Source: Candidatus Parcubacteria bacterium (GTDB lineage Bacteria > Patescibacteriota > Minisyncoccia > Phycocordibacterales > UBA918). Taken from it: a stretch of DNA of 64,000 bases. This document shows positions 60,358 to 64,000 of the stretch, piece by piece. The notes beneath the pieces were generated by a model, which saw only the letters and a program-made list of their open reading frames with translations, searched no databases and was not told the DNA's origin. Each line of letters starts with the position of its first letter. Position 1 is the first letter of the stretch. A program made the translations under genes and the position numbers. The DNA is taken from assembly GCA_046050355.1 (NCBI GenBank), contig JBJOPW010000002.1, forward strand, positions 62,028-126,027, in the 5' to 3' direction.

Positions 60358-60572
60358 CGTGCTTCTTTTTATAAGGAAGCACGACGGATTGGAACGATTG
60401 TAGCGATAAACAGCCTAGCCATAGTTACCTTACTTACAGAAATGTAAGGATTATCCAAATCTAGCCTACAAGAGACCAAATGCTAGAGATCTGACCACTT
60501 CGGGTGAAGATCAAGATAGAGTCCTGCAGTGAAATGCTTCAATCAGCAATGATTGGGGAGAAGGGAATGTAG
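60358..60572 (+). other. Compact group I-like intron at L1931, no ORF
   Basis: Splits CTAAGGT|AGCG. The exon ends in U and the intron ends in G. AAGATAGAGTCC is an S-like element. Confidence 0.75.
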
Positions 60573-61139
60573 AGCGTATTTCCTTGTCGGGTAAGTTCCG
60601 ACGTGCACGAATGGCGTAACGAGTGGGAAACTGTCTCGAGGACCTGCTCGGTGAAAATACAATCGCGGTAAAGATGCCGCGTACCTGCAGATAGACGAAA
60701 AGACCCCAGGTGCTTTACTGTAGCTTCGTATTGGGGCTATTGAATTAATGCGTAGTATAGGTGTGAGGCTTTGAAGTGGGCTTTCGGGTACCATGGAGCC
60801 GCCAGTGAAATAGCACCCTTTAATTTGGTAGTCTCTAACCCGACACGTAAAACGTGTCAGGAACAGTGCGTGGCAGGCAGTTTTAGTGGGGCGCTACCCT
60901 CCCAAAAAGTAACGGAGGGGTCTCAAGGTTGGTTAGTCGCGAATGGAAACCGTGACGATAGTGTAATGGCATAAACCAGCTTGACTGTAAGATGTAGGTA
61001 TCGAACAGACACGAAAGTGGAGCATAGTGAACCGATGGCTCGCGTTAGATGCGGCCGGAGATTACCCGATAAAAGTAACCCTGGGGATAACAGGCTAGTC
61101 GTGCCCAAGCGTCCATAGCGACGGCACGGTTCGGCACCT

Positions 61140-61985
61140 TAACTTATATAAGTTTCAAAACAATATACATCGGGGTGCCTAGAGTAGCGATACTCTACAA
61201 AAACAAATCGGCTATTACGGTGAACGCCATGCCAGCCGCTACTACTTATGTAGTAGAATGAGGACATGGTCAATACCGTGGAAAGGCTAAATCAGTTCCA
61301 AAAGTCAGTAATTATTGGCACCGTACTTGGTGATGGGTACCTTCGTATCGTCCCAGGTCGCCAACATGCCTTTTTGGAAGTAAATCATGCACTTAGTCAG
61401 CAAGAGTACGTATGGTGGAAATACCAGGTACTTGAAGGAGTTAGAGCTGGAGCACCAAAAGTGCGTAAAGGAAATGGTAGGCGTACAGCTGTACGCTTCC
61501 ATACCAAACAATCTGAAGAATTAACAGAAATCAAATCTTTGTTCTACAAAGATTCAATTAAGGTTATTCCCAAAGATATCCAACTTGACCCAGTTATGCT
61601 GGCAGTATGGTTCATGGATGACGGAAGTCGATGTAGAGAATCTGATGTGTACTTAAATACCCAACAGTTCGATACAGAGAGTCAGTTAATTCTAGTTGAA
61701 GCCCTTAAAAAGCTTGGACTTGAAACAACACTCAATAGAGACAAGCATTATTTTCGAATTCGTTTCTTGAAGAAAAGTCTTCCAAAATTATTTGCACTCA
61801 TTGAGCAAATGATAATCCCATCGATGCGATACAAAATTGGTTTAGAATCCGTAGAGACTACACGCCGATCTCCCACGTTAATTACGTTGGATGAAGATAT
61901 AGTCCGATCCTCACAGTAATGTGAGACCCGCATATACCAGAACGTATCTCACGCTACGTTTGTAAAAAAGTATATGTTACGACAG
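61140..61985 (+). mobile_element. Group I intron at L2500 carrying a homing endonuclease
   Basis: Splits GGCACCT|CGATGTCGGC. P1 ggcacct/ggggtgcc, GAGACTA/GATATAGTCC P7, terminal G. Confidence 0.92.
61266..61919 (+). CDS. Double-motif LAGLIDADG homing endonuclease
   Basis: IIGTVLGDG and LAVWFMDDG motifs. Confidence 0.92.
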   Translation: MVNTVERLNQFQKSVIIGTVLGDGYLRIVPGRQHAFLEVNHALSQQEYVWWKYQVLEGVRAGAPKVRKGNGRRTAVRFHTKQSEELTEIKSLFYKDSIKVIPKDIQLDPVMLAVWFMDDGSRCRESDVYLNTQQFDTESQLILVEALKKLGLETTLNRDKHYFRIRFLKKSLPKLFALIEQMIIPSMRYKIGLESVETTRRSPTLITLDEDIVRSSQ

Positions 61986-62060
61986 CGATGTCGGCTCGAC
62001 TTATCCTGGGGCTGGAGCAGGTCCCAAGGGTTTGGCTGTTCGCCAATTAAAAAGTCACGC

Positions 62061-62094
<34 letters not shown>

Positions 62095-62220
62095 CTCCTA
62101 TCTACTGCAGGCGTCGAAACTTGAAGAGATTTGTCCCTAGTACGAGAGGACCGGGATGAACTGACCTCTGGTCTATCGGCTGTTCCGCCAGGAGCACCGC
62201 CGAGTAGCTATGTTGGGAAT

Positions 62221-62253
<33 letters not shown>

Positions 62254-62489
62254 AACTCTAAGATTAGGTTTCATTAAGTCCCCAGAGAGATGATCTGGTT
62301 GATAGGCACTAAGTGGAAGTACAGTAATGTATGGAGCTGAGGTGTACTAATAGGACGTATTTCCTGCAAGGAATGCTGGACGTCGCTGTACGATTTTACT
62401 CGGTACGTTAGAAGTATCTAAATACTTCTAACGTACCAGGAGTGTTTGTTTGAAAGAAGTGTCGAAGTTTGAAAGCGAAGAGATTGAAA

Positions 62490-62581
62490 GGAGAAGTGAC
62501 CGAGTGGTCTAAGGTGGTGGTCTCGAAAACCATTGTGGGGTTATATACTCACCGTGGGTTCGAATCCCACCTTCTCCGCCA
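62490..62581 (+). tRNA. tRNA-Ser(CGA)
   Basis: GGAGAAG/CTTCTCC acceptor, loop CTCGAAA, long variable arm, GCCA end. Confidence 0.95.
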
Positions 62582-62595
62582 ATCTATCTGCTTGT

Positions 62596-62685
62596 GGCCA
62601 GTTCGTCTATTGGTGAGGACATCAGAAATGTCCTTGCAAAAGGACGCGCAATCTGAGAAGAGGGGTTCGATTCCCTTACTGGCTG
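62596..62685 (+). ncRNA. tRNA-Glu-like RNA whose anticodon loop is replaced by a 25-nt hairpin-containing loop
   Basis: Acceptor GGCCAGT/ACTGGCT, D arm GTCT..AGGAC, stem TCAGA/TCTGA, T-loop TTCGATT. The loop holds gtcctt-gcaa-aaggac. Confidence 0.7.
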
Positions 62686-62821
62686 CAAAGCAGATTTCCT
62701 GAGAATTAAATTTTTTTTCTCAGGTCAATCTCTTCGCTTTCAAACAAACATGAGAATATGCGTATTGAATATCGTGAAGTGATCTGATGATCACAATCCC
62801 TGTTCCGGGCGCGGGGCAGAC

Positions 62822-62893
62822 GCTGGTGTAGCTCAGAATAGAGCGCCTGTGAGAAACAGGAGGTCGTGGGGCTGCAAACACCCACCGCCAGTG
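62822..62893 (+). ncRNA. tRNA-like RNA with 5-nt anticodon loop and aberrant T-loop
   Basis: GCTGGTG/CGCCAGT, GCTC/GAGC, CCTGT-GAGAA-ACAGG, GTGGG-gctgcaaaca-CCCAC. Confidence 0.65.
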
Positions 62894-62906
62894 GCAAAAA
62901 TTTCGT

Positions 62907-62984
62907 CGGAGCGTAGCGTAGTCTGGTTAGCGCACTTGCATGGGGTGCGAGGGGTCGCAGGTTCGAATCCTGCCGTTCCGACCA
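62907..62984 (+). tRNA. tRNA-Pro(GGG)
   Basis: CGGAGCG/CGTTCCG acceptor, loop ATGGGGT, TTCGAAT, ACCA end. Confidence 0.93.
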
Positions 62985-62989
62985 AGGTT

Positions 62990-63067
62990 GCCGGCGTAGC
63001 TCAGAGTGGAGAGAGCAACTGACAGTTGATCAGTAGGTCGTAGGTTCGATTCCTACCGTCGGAGCCA
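62990..63067 (+). tRNA. Non-canonical tRNA-Asn(GUU)-like RNA
   Basis: Full cloverleaf with G73 and CCA, but loop CAGTTGA (A33, G37) and a G1:A72 mismatch. Confidence 0.65.
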
Positions 63068-63139
63068 ACCCTTTCTCGTTTGGGTTAAAATGAGATCACT
63101 TCACGGTATTCAAAGTAAAGTTGATTGCAGATTGAAAAT

Positions 63140-63290
63140 TTAATGTTGGTGCTTTAGCGGGAGGGGTGAGAAAGTGATTCAATATCACTTTCGCAAGACC
63201 TTGCCAGCTATCTTCTTGAGTGAAACGAAAAGAAGGAGCGACAAGGTGTACAGAATCTGTAAGATTCACCCGTTCTCATCATCAACATTA
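63140..63290 (+). ncRNA. 5S rRNA-derived paralog with 99-nt structured insert
   Basis: 63130-63167 matches 63303-63340 at 37/38. cacccgttctcat resumes at 63267. Ends catcaacatta like the 5S 3' strand. Confidence 0.6.
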
Positions 63291-63312
63291 TGTTTGAATA
63301 TCGATTGAAAGT

Positions 63313-63429
63313 TTAATGTTGGTGCTTTAGCGGGAGGGGTACACCCGTTCTCATTCCGAACACGGCAGTTAAGGCTCCCATCGCCGAAGGTACTCCGCAA
63401 GGGGCAGAATAGGTAGGCGCCAACATTAA
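63313..63429 (+). rRNA. rrf: 5S rRNA
   Basis: CACCCGTTCTCATTCCGAACACGG.AGTTAAG, CGCCGAAGGTACT, terminal helix ttaatgttgg/ccaacattaa. Confidence 0.93.
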
Positions 63430-63448
63430 GTTTTCAATCAACTCCGAT

Positions 63449-63492
63449 CTCAATAAAAGACTCCCTTATATAAGGGGGTCTTTTATTGAGAT
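63449..63492 (+). terminator. Terminator of the rRNA unit
   Basis: tctcaataaaagactccctt/aagggggtcttttattgaga inverted repeat. Confidence 0.75.
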
Positions 63493-63832
63493 GTTTTTGG
63501 AGTTGATAAACTTGTGTTGGCAGGGAAGGCGCCCGTCGCTCGCATATGGTATTTTCTCCCTCGGAGGTCGAAACTACCATTGCGCCGACAGAAGCAAAGC
63601 CATAGTCGTGGCGCTGCCACTCCTTGTTTTGCTTCACATTAAGTTTTTACCTCACCCATCCCATTTCTCACCTTACAGGTGCAGTACACCTTGTCGCTAC
63701 TTTTTCGCTATCACTCAAAAGATAGCAGGCAAGGTCCTGAAGAGTGATATTTAATCACTCTTCAGCGCCAATATTAATCCGTTCCGTGGAGTGGTGGTAA
63801 TTTGATGCTAATAGTTTGGTACAATAAGAGTC

Positions 63833-64000
63833 ATGATACAACTCGAAGGGGTGCGCATGTGGGCGTTTTGGCGACGGGTACAATATGCCACGGGGTATTT
63901 TTTGACGCTCACGACACTAGTGCTTGGTGTCTACTTTTTCTTTTTCTACCAATCGCCAACTTGTTTTGACCTGCGGATGAACGGACAGGAGCAGGCCGTC
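63833..64000 (+). CDS. Partial single-TM protein with PTCFD..NG.E motif (runs off the window)
   Basis: Open frame MIQLEGVRMWAFWRRVQY...YQSPTCFDLRMNGQEQAV. TACAAT -10 ends 7 nt upstream. Confidence 0.6.
   Translation, partial: MIQLEGVRMWAFWRRVQYATGYFLTLTTLVLGVYFFFFYQSPTCFDLRMNGQEQAV

Noticed and set aside
62596-62893. tmRNA interpretation of the tRNA-like elements
   Set aside because: No GGGG 5' end, no G3-U70 Ala determinant and no tag reading frame. Both elements have D stems.
63491-63754. 87-aa ORF after the rRNA terminator
   Set aside because: It starts inside the terminator hairpin and has no motif or initiation signal.

Overview
Chromosomal segment of a Candidate Phyla Radiation / Patescibacteria bacterium, most likely Parcubacteria. 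This is inferred from rplK without rplA, rpsF-ssb-rpsR without rplI, an unlinked and intron-containing 23S gene, an alpha2-type GlyRS and mostly SD-less, often leaderless core genes. The window is mostly housekeeping: class I RNR, secE-nusG-rnpB-(HicAB-like)-rplK, a folate/thymidylate cluster, four aaRS genes, recO/recA/ftsK, efp, an ECF sigma factor, rplJL, a probable S-layer gene, a REP-flanked RAYT transposase, a large secreted lipase-like gene, and a 23S-tRNA-5S unit with three 23S insertions. The most unusual signals are: (1) the 23S-5S spacer, built of cassettes bracketed by 21-bp inverted repeats, holding normal tRNAs, three tRNA-like RNAs with non-canonical anticodon arms, and a 5S-derived paralog with a 99-nt structured insert; (2) a CYTH-dcd-thyA-tmk cluster in which all three recognisable enzymes have altered substrate-binding motifs; (3) an NrdA lacking the C-terminal cysteine pair while the NrdB ATP-cone carries an inserted Cys pair; (4) an HTH gene next to ftsK embedded in GACA/TGTC motif clusters. 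All calls were made by eye from the sequence and ORF track. No database search or folding program was run, so RNA ends and some start codons are approximate.
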